A DNA stretch of 64,000 nt, taken from positions 7,420 to 71,419 of the forward strand of contig CAMUYN010000002.1 of NCBI GenBank assembly GCA_947165005.1. The letters are read 5' to 3'. The notes beneath the pieces were generated by a model that was not told the origin of the DNA, did not search any database, and saw nothing but the letters and a program-made list of their open reading frames with translations. Positions 18,873-27,321 of this stretch are shown one piece after another (positions within the stretch are counted from its first letter, which is position 1; each line of letters opens with the position of its first letter). A program made the translations under genes and the position numbers. Source of the stretch: an uncultured Bacillota bacterium (GTDB taxonomy: Bacteria; Bacillota_I; Bacilli_A; RF39; UBA660).

Positions 18873-21566
18873 ATGAAGAAAAGAATATTTAAAATATTAT
18901 TAACACTTATATTACTCTTCTCAATAGGTGTTTCGAATGTATATGCTGAAAGTCTTTTGCCTCAATTTGTTAGAAAACCAATATATATTTCAGATATAAT
19001 GGGTGAGCATATAGTTTATGACTGGCATGCCGGATCAGCGCAATTTAATTATCAATTATGTGCAGGTTCTGATCATAATTATTGTAAACATATGAATAAT
19101 TATTGGAATCTATATTCAGTTGAAAAGACAAAATTTGGTCTTGCTAAGAAAACATACATTTTATATTGTTTAAATCCAAGTAAAGCAATAACAGGTTTAG
19201 ATCAGGATCAATCTATGGTAGAGTTTGATAGTTTGGATTCTGCTAGATTTAGTAATCCAAATCTACCTTCTGCAGAAAAAGAAAAAAGAATCAAATTACT
19301 AAAACAATTATTATTAAATGGATATGTAGCAGATTTAAGTAATCAAACATCTCTAGATACATTAGTTACTGAAAATCCAAAAAACAGTCTTAAATTAATA
19401 GCAATGCAAGTACTTGTTTGGGAAGTCATGGAAGGTGGTAGAACAAACTTTGATAGTGTTGTACCAGATTATCATGCTGCAGATAGTTTCTATGCCCAAG
19501 TAGTTTATCCAAATGGTGGAGCAGCTGGAAGTGGAAAAACAGGAGCTACTATATATTATTATTACTATAATTATATACAAGCAGCAAAATTAGGTGAAAC
19601 TAAAAATCCAGCACCAGCATTTGATAAAGAATCATATAATATGACTTGGGATAAAGCAAATAGTAGATATCAAGTACAAGTTCAAGGTTTAGGTGATTAT
19701 ACATCATGTTCATCTGATAATAGTAATATAACATTAAATGTTACATCAAATAAATCAATATTTATATATTCATCAAAACCAGTAAATGATGCTACAATTA
19801 CATGTAAGTATTATAGAGGTAATGGTTATGCCGGTGAAACTAATTCAGAATCATTTAAATATTTTGAGTTTGTTGAAGATAGAGATACTACTCAAGATAT
19901 GGTTTCTGGAAATGGATGGAGAGTATTCTCTAATTCATTTAAAGTAAAAACAGAAAATACAGATTTTTCTATAGTAAAAGTAGATGCTAATGGTAAACAA
20001 ATATCGGATGTTAAATTTAATTTAACACATACTACTAATACATCATATTCTGTAACATTAAAATCAAATGTAGATACTAAATATAGTTTAAATTATAGTG
20101 GAGAGTATAGGGTTCGTGAAATTAATACACCAACTGGATATACTGGAATAAAAGATTTTAATCTTACTATAGATGGTGATAGACATATAGTAACAAAATG
20201 TGATGGAGAACAAAAACTATTCGGAAGAGTAAGTGCATGTTTAGATGGACAAGTTGGAATTAGTTATTCTGGTAACAAGATAATAATGAAAGTTATTAAT
20301 ATTCCACAAAGTTTCAAAATATTAAAATATGATCAAAATAATAATCCAGTAAAAGGTGCATCTTTTGAAATAAGAGATTTAAAAGATAATCCTAAAATGT
20401 TTACTACTGGAGGATCTGAAGCATTTGCACCTGGAACTATATTTAAATATACAACAGATAGTTCTGGATCAAAGGTAATACATAATTATAACAATCATAG
20501 TTATCAAATATCATTATTACCTGCAGGTGAATATAAGATAGTTGAAATGAGTGTTCCATCTCCTTATAGATTACCTCAAGATGAAGAAGCAAGAACAACA
20601 TATATCAAAATCGATTCTAAAGGTAATTTAGCAGTATGGGATAAATCTAATAAAAAATATATTAGTGCAAATACAGCATCAGTAGTAATAAGAAACTATT
20701 CAACAAGTGTAGTAGTTAATAAGGTTGGTTCTGGTGAACAATTAGCAGGAGTACAATTCGAATTATATAATGCGGATAGAACACAGAAAATCAAGTGTGT
20801 AGCTACTAATGAACCAGGTATATATAGATATAGTGATAATCAAGATTTAGCAGATGTTTCTGTATTTGTTACTAATGCAAATGGAGAAATTAGAATTGAG
20901 TATATTCCAGAAGGAACATACTACTTTAAAGAGATTTATACACCATCACCATATGTTTTACCAAAAGGTGATGCAGTATTTAAGAAATTTACTATAACTA
21001 TTGATGAACAAGGAATGGCATTAGATGGAAATCATAATACTAATGTAATAAACATTTCTAATACACCTAATTCATTCAATTTCTATAAGAGAGATACTGA
21101 AGGTAATCCTTTAACAACAGGTAAATATAAACTACAAAAATATGACAAAGAAACTAAAAAATATGTAGATTTAAAACTAGTTAAAGTAGATGGCCCTATT
21201 AAGAATACAGATTATTATAAAGTAGATGAAAAGAATGGTAAGATTCAATTCACTTTATCAAAAGGTGTTGCAACATTCATTGATATGGAATCTAATTCAA
21301 CATATAGAATTATAGAAACTGTTGCACCAGAAGGTTATACTAGAGCAGATACAAAAGATGCCGCAACAGCCCATATAGATGAATATGGAAATGCATCAGG
21401 ATTATTAGTTTTAGTAGACCAAAAGATTGTTAAAGAAGATGATAGTGCTTTTGCTGAATTAATTATAAATATTCAAACAGGAAAACAAAGAATAATGTAT
21501 GCTGCAGTTATATTTGTAGTATTAGCAATAGTTGCTGCGTTAATAATCTTTAATAAGAAAAAATAA
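18873..21566 (+). CDS. surface adhesin: signal peptide, putative thioester (TQxA-like) domain, four SpaA/prealbumin-like domains, NIQTG sorting-signal-like C-terminus
   Basis: AGGAGG SD 8 nt upstream; signal peptide ...SNVYA-ES; YCLNP Cys (19167-19169) and AMQVLVWE Gln (19407-19409); repeats FxIxKxD...G..F.L...YxxxExxxPxGY x4; tail NIQTGKQR+TM+NKKK. Confidence 0.75.
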   Translation: MKKRIFKILLTLILLFSIGVSNVYAESLLPQFVRKPIYISDIMGEHIVYDWHAGSAQFNYQLCAGSDHNYCKHMNNYWNLYSVEKTKFGLAKKTYILYCLNPSKAITGLDQDQSMVEFDSLDSARFSNPNLPSAEKEKRIKLLKQLLLNGYVADLSNQTSLDTLVTENPKNSLKLIAMQVLVWEVMEGGRTNFDSVVPDYHAADSFYAQVVYPNGGAAGSGKTGATIYYYYYNYIQAAKLGETKNPAPAFDKESYNMTWDKANSRYQVQVQGLGDYTSCSSDNSNITLNVTSNKSIFIYSSKPVNDATITCKYYRGNGYAGETNSESFKYFEFVEDRDTTQDMVSGNGWRVFSNSFKVKTENTDFSIVKVDANGKQISDVKFNLTHTTNTSYSVTLKSNVDTKYSLNYSGEYRVREINTPTGYTGIKDFNLTIDGDRHIVTKCDGEQKLFGRVSACLDGQVGISYSGNKIIMKVINIPQSFKILKYDQNNNPVKGASFEIRDLKDNPKMFTTGGSEAFAPGTIFKYTTDSSGSKVIHNYNNHSYQISLLPAGEYKIVEMSVPSPYRLPQDEEARTTYIKIDSKGNLAVWDKSNKKYISANTASVVIRNYSTSVVVNKVGSGEQLAGVQFELYNADRTQKIKCVATNEPGIYRYSDNQDLADVSVFVTNANGEIRIEYIPEGTYYFKEIYTPSPYVLPKGDAVFKKFTITIDEQGMALDGNHNTNVINISNTPNSFNFYKRDTEGNPLTTGKYKLQKYDKETKKYVDLKLVKVDGPIKNTDYYKVDEKNGKIQFTLSKGVATFIDMESNSTYRIIETVAPEGYTRADTKDAATAHIDEYGNASGLLVLVDQKIVKEDDSAFAELIINIQTGKQRIMYAAVIFVVLAIVAALIIFNKKK

Positions 21567-21567
21567 A

Positions 21568-21606
21568 AAATATTCATGAGAAATATTCTTATGAATATTT
21601 TTTTTA
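21568..21606 (+). terminator. Rho-independent terminator
   Basis: AAATATTCAT ... ATGAATATTT 10-bp stem followed by T-run. Confidence 0.8.
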
Positions 21607-21639
21607 TTTTTGTAAACATTAATAATAAAAGGAGGAAAC

Positions 21640-22182
21640 ATGAAAAAATTTTTAGCTTTTATCTTTATTATTTTATTAAGTGCATGTTCTTTAATGGGTA
21701 CTAATACTCCAAAGGAAAGGGTAAGAGAATTACTTGATAAATACAAAAATCAAGATACATCTGTTGTTACACAATTAGAAGATGTAATATCTAGTGAATA
21801 TAGTGGGGACTATAAAGATAGATATAAAAAACTAATGCTTAATCAATATAAGAATATGGAATATAAAATAGTTGATGAAATAATTGATGGAGATACTGCA
21901 ATTGTAACTACTGATGTAACAGTATATAATTATGGTTCTATGATAGAAACTGCTAATGAATATTTAAGGGAACATGAAGAAGAGTTTTATCAAGAGGGTG
22001 TAGAAGAAAAAACGATTGATAACAATAAATTTCTAGATTATAAATTTGATTTATTAGAAGAAGTAAATGATAGAAAAACATATACGCTAGAATTCACTTT
22101 AACAAAAGAAGATAAAGAATGGAAATTAGATAGTTTATCAAATGAAAATATATCTAAATTACACGGTATATATATTGAATAA
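21640..22182 (+). CDS. lipoprotein, unknown function
   Basis: Signal peptide with lipobox LLSAC; AGGAGG SD. Confidence 0.6.
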   Translation: MKKFLAFIFIILLSACSLMGTNTPKERVRELLDKYKNQDTSVVTQLEDVISSEYSGDYKDRYKKLMLNQYKNMEYKIVDEIIDGDTAIVTTDVTVYNYGSMIETANEYLREHEEEFYQEGVEEKTIDNNKFLDYKFDLLEEVNDRKTYTLEFTLTKEDKEWKLDSLSNENISKLHGIYIE

Positions 22183-22237
22183 GAAATAATTATGTAATTA
22201 TTTCTTTTTTTATTTAATAAAATATATAGAGGTGTAT

Positions 22238-23254
22238 ATGAAGAAGATATTATTATTTTTATTATTAATACCTTTAAATGTATATGGACTAAGTATTCCA
22301 AGTAGAAATGCCATTTTAATCGATCAAGATTCTGGAAGAATACTCTATTCAAAGAGAATAAATGAGAAGAGATTAATAGCTAGTACAACCAAGATTATGA
22401 CTGCAGTAATTGCTATTGAATCAGGCAAGCTAGATGAAAATGTAAAGGTAAATGATGTGGTTTTAAAGTCTTATGGTTCTGGTATTTATATAAAACCTGG
22501 AGAAATATTAACTTTAAGAGATTTAGTATATGGATTACTTCTTAGAAGTGGTAATGATGCAGCACTTATGATTGAGGATTATCTAGGTGGTCATGATAAA
22601 TTTATATCTAAAATGAATAAAAAAGCCTCTGAAATTGGAATGAAAGATACTATTTTTCAAAATTCTAATGGATTAGATGATTATGATGAAAAGAATTATT
22701 CAACGGTATATGATATGGCAATACTTATGAAATATGCAAATAATAATTATGATTTTAGAGAAATAAATTCTACTAAGAAATATACTTTATCTACTAATAA
22801 GAATGACTATGTATGGAAAAATGAAAATAAACTTTTATATAAATATAAATATGCAACTGGAGGTAAAACTGGGTTTACAGATAAGGCCAGAAGAACTTTA
22901 GTTACATCTTCGTGTAAAAAGGATATATGTTTAATTGCAGTTACTTTTAATGATTCAGATGATTTTAATACTCATATTAAATTATATAATCATGGATTTG
23001 ATAATTATAAAAAATATTTAATAATAAACAAAAGGAAATTTAAAGTAAAAAATCATAATAATCTTTATATAAAGTATAATTATTATTATTTATTAAAAGA
23101 AGAAGAAAAAGGATATATTGAAACTAATATAATAAAAGATAGAAAAGATAATATATATGGTTATGTATCAGTGAAATTTAAGGGTGAAGAGGTACATAGA
23201 GAACCTGTGTATATTGATAAGAAATATAAGAAGAAAAAGTTGTTTGATTATTAA
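22238..23254 (+). CDS. dacB: D-alanyl-D-alanine carboxypeptidase (peptidase S11, DacB-like)
   Basis: SxxK (ASTTK), SxN (RSGND), KTG (GGKTGFT) motifs; signal peptide; position next to rluB as for B. subtilis dacB. Confidence 0.82.
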   Translation: MKKILLFLLLIPLNVYGLSIPSRNAILIDQDSGRILYSKRINEKRLIASTTKIMTAVIAIESGKLDENVKVNDVVLKSYGSGIYIKPGEILTLRDLVYGLLLRSGNDAALMIEDYLGGHDKFISKMNKKASEIGMKDTIFQNSNGLDDYDEKNYSTVYDMAILMKYANNNYDFREINSTKKYTLSTNKNDYVWKNENKLLYKYKYATGGKTGFTDKARRTLVTSSCKKDICLIAVTFNDSDDFNTHIKLYNHGFDNYKKYLIINKRKFKVKNHNNLYIKYNYYYLLKEEEKGYIETNIIKDRKDNIYGYVSVKFKGEEVHREPVYIDKKYKKKKLFDY

Positions 23255-23286
23255 ATAAATGTTATACTACTTTTAGGTGATTTCAA

Positions 23287-24003
23287 GTGGAAAGATTACA
23301 AAAACAAATTAGTACTTTAGGTTATTGTTCAAGACGTCGTGCTGAAGAACTAATAGTAAAAGGAAAAGTTAAAGTAAATGGTAATGTTGTTACTGAACTT
23401 GGCACTAAAGTAGAACCAAATGATGTAATTGAAGTTGAAGGTGTAACATTAACCAAACAAGAAAAAGAATATTATGTATTTAATAAACCAAGAGAAGTAG
23501 TATCTACAACTTCTGATGATAAAGGTAGAAAGACTATTCTTGATTATTTTGATATAAATACTAGGATATATCCAATAGGAAGATTAGATTATGATACTAC
23601 AGGTATTATTCTTCTTACTAATGATGGAGAATTTGCTAATCTAATGATGAAACCTAGTTCTAATATCAAAAAAGTATATCTAGCTAAAATAAATGGTATA
23701 TTATCATCTGAAGAAATATTAACTTTAAAAAAAGGTATTAAAGTAAAAGGTATAAATTATAATATAGATAGAATTAAAGTTAAAAAAATAGATAAAGCAA
23801 AGAATACAAGTATGGTAGAAATAACTATTCATGAGGGTAAAAATCATGAAATTAAAAAGATTTTTGAATACTTTAATTTAGATGTATTAAAACTAACTAG
23901 ATTATCATATGGATCAATTGAACTTGGAAATTTACCTTCAGGTAAATATAGAAAATTAAAGATTCATGAAATTAAAACTTTATATTCAGAAATTAAAAAG
24001 TAA
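23287..24003 (+). CDS. rluB: 23S rRNA pseudouridine synthase, RsuA/RluB family
   Basis: N-terminal S4 domain (SRRRAEELI..GKVKVNG) and catalytic GRLDYDTTG motif; GTG start after AGGTGA. Confidence 0.88.
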   Translation: MERLQKQISTLGYCSRRRAEELIVKGKVKVNGNVVTELGTKVEPNDVIEVEGVTLTKQEKEYYVFNKPREVVSTTSDDKGRKTILDYFDINTRIYPIGRLDYDTTGIILLTNDGEFANLMMKPSSNIKKVYLAKINGILSSEEILTLKKGIKVKGINYNIDRIKVKKIDKAKNTSMVEITIHEGKNHEIKKIFEYFNLDVLKLTRLSYGSIELGNLPSGKYRKLKIHEIKTLYSEIKK

Positions 24004-24018
24004 GGCTTAAGCCTTACT
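24000..24018. terminator. bidirectional terminator (perfect palindrome)
   Basis: GTAAGGCTTAAGCCTTAC between convergent rluB and ferredoxin genes. Confidence 0.65.
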
Positions 24019-24219
24019 TTATTCTTCGTTTTCCTGATCAATACTAATTGCAGATACAGGGCAACTATTCATAGCTTCCTTAGCTTCATTAATATTATCA
24101 TCATTTATAATTTCATTATTTACTTTAATATTTCCTTCATCATCAAATGAGAATACATCACTGCATATTCCAGTACACATTCCACATCTTAAACATTTGT
24201 CTTGATCAACTTTAAACAT
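24019..24219 (-). CDS. small 4Fe-4S ferredoxin
   Basis: CLRCGMCTGIC ... CPVSAI cysteine pattern; 66 aa. Confidence 0.85.
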   Translation of the reverse strand: MFKVDQDKCLRCGMCTGICSDVFSFDDEGNIKVNNEIINDDNINEAKEAMNSCPVSAISIDQENEE

Positions 24220-24334
24220 ATATTTCCTCCTTACACATGTTAAATTAATTATACTACAAAAAGTGGAAATTTATTTAAAAATATGATATTATTTTTATAT
24301 AAGAGTAAAGTAGGTGATTCTATTGGGTACTAGA

Positions 24335-25072
24335 ATGGATAAATATTCATCCAATAATTCTAATGAAAGTAGAAGTAGTAGAAATAAAAAATTGTATGAT
24401 GAATTATATAATACTATGAATTATACTAATTCTGTTGTCATAGATCAAAGTAAAGAAATAGATATATCTAAGATTAAGGAAATAGTAGATAGAGAAAAGA
24501 AATTAAGTGAAAAGAAAGATTTAAGACCAGAATTAAAACTAGAAGAATTAGATATGATTGATGAGGATGAAGAAAAAAAAGTATATAATATCAACGAAGT
24601 ATTAAAAGAAGCAAAAGAAAAGAGAGATATTATATTAGATGCCTCAGAAAAACGTAAAAATAGCAAATATGAATCACACATGGATATTGAAGAAGAATTA
24701 AAAGAAACAAAAAAAGTATATGATAAAATATTACAAGAGGAAACTGAATTACTAGATATAATGAATACTCTTACTAGTGCTAAAACTAGTGCAAATATTA
24801 AAGAAGCTTATAAAGATATAACTGCTGAAAGCAAGAAAATTGATGTTAAACTTCCAGAAAAAGTAGAAAAGGAAGAAAATAAAGAGGAACAAAAAAAGAC
24901 AAAAGAATATAGTACTAATACATTTATGTTTAATAAGAATGATTTTATAGATACAGAATTAGAAGAATCTTTAAAGGGTACTAATGGCTTCATTAAAGCC
25001 TTAATAGTTATAATAACAATAGGTATATTAGTAGCAGCATATTATATTATTAAAACATATATACTAAAATAG
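24335..25072 (+). CDS. tail-anchored Glu/Lys-rich protein, hypothetical
   Basis: Long charged region then single C-terminal TM (ALIVIITIGILVAAYYII); start uncertain (GTG 24314 / ATG 24335). Confidence 0.5.
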   Translation: MDKYSSNNSNESRSSRNKKLYDELYNTMNYTNSVVIDQSKEIDISKIKEIVDREKKLSEKKDLRPELKLEELDMIDEDEEKKVYNINEVLKEAKEKRDIILDASEKRKNSKYESHMDIEEELKETKKVYDKILQEETELLDIMNTLTSAKTSANIKEAYKDITAESKKIDVKLPEKVEKEENKEEQKKTKEYSTNTFMFNKNDFIDTELEESLKGTNGFIKALIVIITIGILVAAYYIIKTYILK

Positions 25073-25105
25073 GTTTAAAAACCTATTTTTTTCATATAAT
25101 TTAAT

Positions 25106-25771
25106 ATGAAATTAAAAAAGAAAAAAAGTATAAAAAAGAGAATCTTTATTGTGTTTTTAATGATCATTATATCTAGTATTTTACTAGTTTATTATATATC
25201 TAATAAGGTAATGCCTACTATTATGATTACTTCAAAAAATATAGTGAAGGAAACAGGTATGAATATTATTAGTGAAAATGTATCAGATAAAATAATAAAA
25301 ATATTAGATAAAGAAGAATTATTTAAAATAGAAAAAGATGCTAATGGAAATATAGAATCTATAGATTATAATACTAAAGTTGTAAATGAAATATTAAAAG
25401 AGGTATCCATTATTTCATATAATAATTTTAAAAAATATGAAAAAGAAAAAGATGGAGTAGTAACATATATACCAATACTAAGTGGAAGTAAGAATATATT
25501 CTTTAGTAATTTAGGACCAAAAGTACCAATAAAGCTAATACTGGATGGTAATGTAATAACTAGTCTTCAAACTGACGTAAAAGAATATGGATATAATAGT
25601 GCATTAATAGAAATATCAGTTAAAATAGAGGCAAATACGGAAGTAGTACTTCCATTTAAAACAAGGAATGAAAAGATAGTTAATATAGTTCCTGTATCAA
25701 TAAAAATAGTTGAAGGAGATGTTAGCCCACTTTTAAATACAAATTATGTATCAAAAACAATGAATAAATGA
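25106..25771 (+). CDS. yunB: sporulation protein YunB
   Basis: N-terminal TM then ...NLGPKVPIKL...YGYNSALIEISVKIE...VPVSIKIVEG collinear with B. subtilis YunB. Confidence 0.82.
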   Translation: MKLKKKKSIKKRIFIVFLMIIISSILLVYYISNKVMPTIMITSKNIVKETGMNIISENVSDKIIKILDKEELFKIEKDANGNIESIDYNTKVVNEILKEVSIISYNNFKKYEKEKDGVVTYIPILSGSKNIFFSNLGPKVPIKLILDGNVITSLQTDVKEYGYNSALIEISVKIEANTEVVLPFKTRNEKIVNIVPVSIKIVEGDVSPLLNTNYVSKTMNK

Positions 25772-25793
25772 TATAATGAAGGTGGTGATATAT

Positions 25794-26078
25794 ATGAATA
25801 AACAAGTAGAAATAGATAATATTAAATATGAAATAATAAAGAATTATAGAGATGGTTTTGTCTTAGAAGATTTTAAAAATAAGCTTACAGATTATTTTTA
25901 TGAATTTGATTATATTGTAGGAGATTGGGCTTATGGAAAATTAAGATTAAAAGGTTTCTATGATGATAAGAATAATAAAGCAACAAAAATTAATAAATAT
26001 AGTAATTTAGATAAGTATATTGAGGAGAATTGCGCTTATGGATGCAAATATTTTGTTGCTAAGAAGAAGAATTCATGA
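25794..26078 (+). CDS. yutD: YutD-like protein (DUF1027)
   Basis: YEIIKNYRDGF...DYIVGDWAYGKLRLKGFYDDKNNKAT...CAYGCKYFV closely parallels B. subtilis YutD. Confidence 0.85.
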   Translation: MNKQVEIDNIKYEIIKNYRDGFVLEDFKNKLTDYFYEFDYIVGDWAYGKLRLKGFYDDKNNKATKINKYSNLDKYIEENCAYGCKYFVAKKKNS

Positions 26079-26110
26079 TATAATTTTTATAGTAAAAGGA
26101 GTATGTTAAT

Positions 26111-27016
26111 ATGACTGATAAATTAATATATATAATAAATGAAGATGGAGTTAGACAAGAAGGAACTATTTTATCAAAATTTAGATTAGCAAATGAAAAT
26201 GATTACATAGTTTATTCATTAAATGAATTAAATGATGAAGGAATGGTAAAGATTTATGTTTCAGGTTTAGTATCTGAAGGCGGAAATTATTCTTCAAGAG
26301 AAATCAATACTGATGAAGAATGGAATAATTTAAAGTCTATATTAAAAACTTTAGCTAAATCAGAAGAAGAACCTTTTCCAGAATCAATAAAATTAGATAC
26401 TAAATTAGTTGGGGAAGAAATAGCTGTTAGAAAGCCTAAAAAATTATTGGTATCTAAAAAATTTGCTGATGTAATCGGATCTAAATATAGTGAAGAAGAT
26501 AATACAGTGGTAGAAGAAGAACCAGTAGTAGTTCCAGAAGTAGAATTACCAAAAGAACCTGAAATAGAAAAGACAATAAAGATTCCTACTTTTGAAGAAT
26601 TGCAAGCAAGAAATAAGAATATTCAATCAGTAATGGAAACTGCAGCAAAAGTAGAAGAAACTCCTATTATTGAACCAAAAGAAGAAAAACCAATTATTGT
26701 TCCAGAGGAATCAAAACCTGAAATAGAAAAGCCAACATATGAATCTAGAGTTCAAAGAGTTGACTATGAAAATGAATTCAAAAAGAATGTTGAACCAGTA
26801 TTAATGGATGTATATGCAAAACAACAAAAACAAATCGAAGATTTAGAAGAAGAATTATCTAAAACTAAATTTGATCTGTTTGAAAAACAAAAAGAAGCAC
26901 TAAGTTTAAGCAATGAAAAAGAAGAAATTAAAAAGAAAAATGAACAATTAGAAGAACAATTAACTGGTGTTCAAAAGAAAATGGATGGAATTTTAAGCGT
27001 ATTAAAAGATGAATAA
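26111..27016 (+). CDS. DUF1292-like N-terminal domain protein with long Glu/Lys/Pro-rich coiled C-terminal extension
   Basis: N-terminus (INEDG..EGTILSKF...YIVYSL...TDEEWNNLKSILKTL) resembles YrzB/DUF1292; repeats PEIEK(T/P). Confidence 0.55.
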   Translation: MTDKLIYIINEDGVRQEGTILSKFRLANENDYIVYSLNELNDEGMVKIYVSGLVSEGGNYSSREINTDEEWNNLKSILKTLAKSEEEPFPESIKLDTKLVGEEIAVRKPKKLLVSKKFADVIGSKYSEEDNTVVEEEPVVVPEVELPKEPEIEKTIKIPTFEELQARNKNIQSVMETAAKVEETPIIEPKEEKPIIVPEESKPEIEKPTYESRVQRVDYENEFKKNVEPVLMDVYAKQQKQIEDLEEELSKTKFDLFEKQKEALSLSNEKEEIKKKNEQLEEQLTGVQKKMDGILSVLKDE

Positions 27017-27038
27017 GAAGTCATATGACTTCTTTTTT
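27016..27038 (+). terminator. Rho-independent terminator
   Basis: AGAAGTCATATGACTTCT palindrome followed by T-run. Confidence 0.75.
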
Positions 27039-27088
27039 GTATTATTTATTATTCTTTGGGAATTATAATAATGAAGGTAGGTGATACA

Positions 27089-27232
27089 ATGAAAAAAAGT
27101 AATCGTTCAAATAATCAGGCAAGTTTAGCTTCAGAATTCGGTTCAAGAATGAGTTCGGAAAGTAGTTCTAAAAAAACAAAAAACAATTGTAAAAGTAAAT
27201 CTAATAGTAAAAGTAGATGTAAGAATAAATAG
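27089..27232 (+). CDS. 47-aa Ser/Lys/Asn-rich basic micro-protein (hypothetical)
   Basis: AGGTAGGTGA SD then ATG; MKKSNRSNNQASLASEFGSRMSSESSSKKTKNNCKSKSNSKSRCKNK; followed by hairpin ATAGTG...CACTAT plus T-run. Confidence 0.35.
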   Translation: MKKSNRSNNQASLASEFGSRMSSESSSKKTKNNCKSKSNSKSRCKNK

Positions 27233-27321
27233 TGGACATTTAGTTCACTATTTTTAATTATTTTATATACCATTTTTATATATGATATGGTATAATTAAT
27301 TATAATAAGGTGGTATGTTTT

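Noticed and set aside
14663-21566. Canonical sortase-assembled pilus operon
   Set aside because: There is no sortase gene, no pilin YPKN-type motif and no E-box seen by eye. Only one of the two proteins has a sorting-signal-like tail. I reported it as an atypical adhesin pair instead.
26560-26735. Direct nucleotide repeat CCTGAAATAGAAAAG (two copies) as a non-coding repeat or CRISPR-like element
   Set aside because: Both copies are in frame inside the DUF1292-like gene and encode the PEIEK peptide repeat. No spacer-repeat periodicity exists anywhere in the window.
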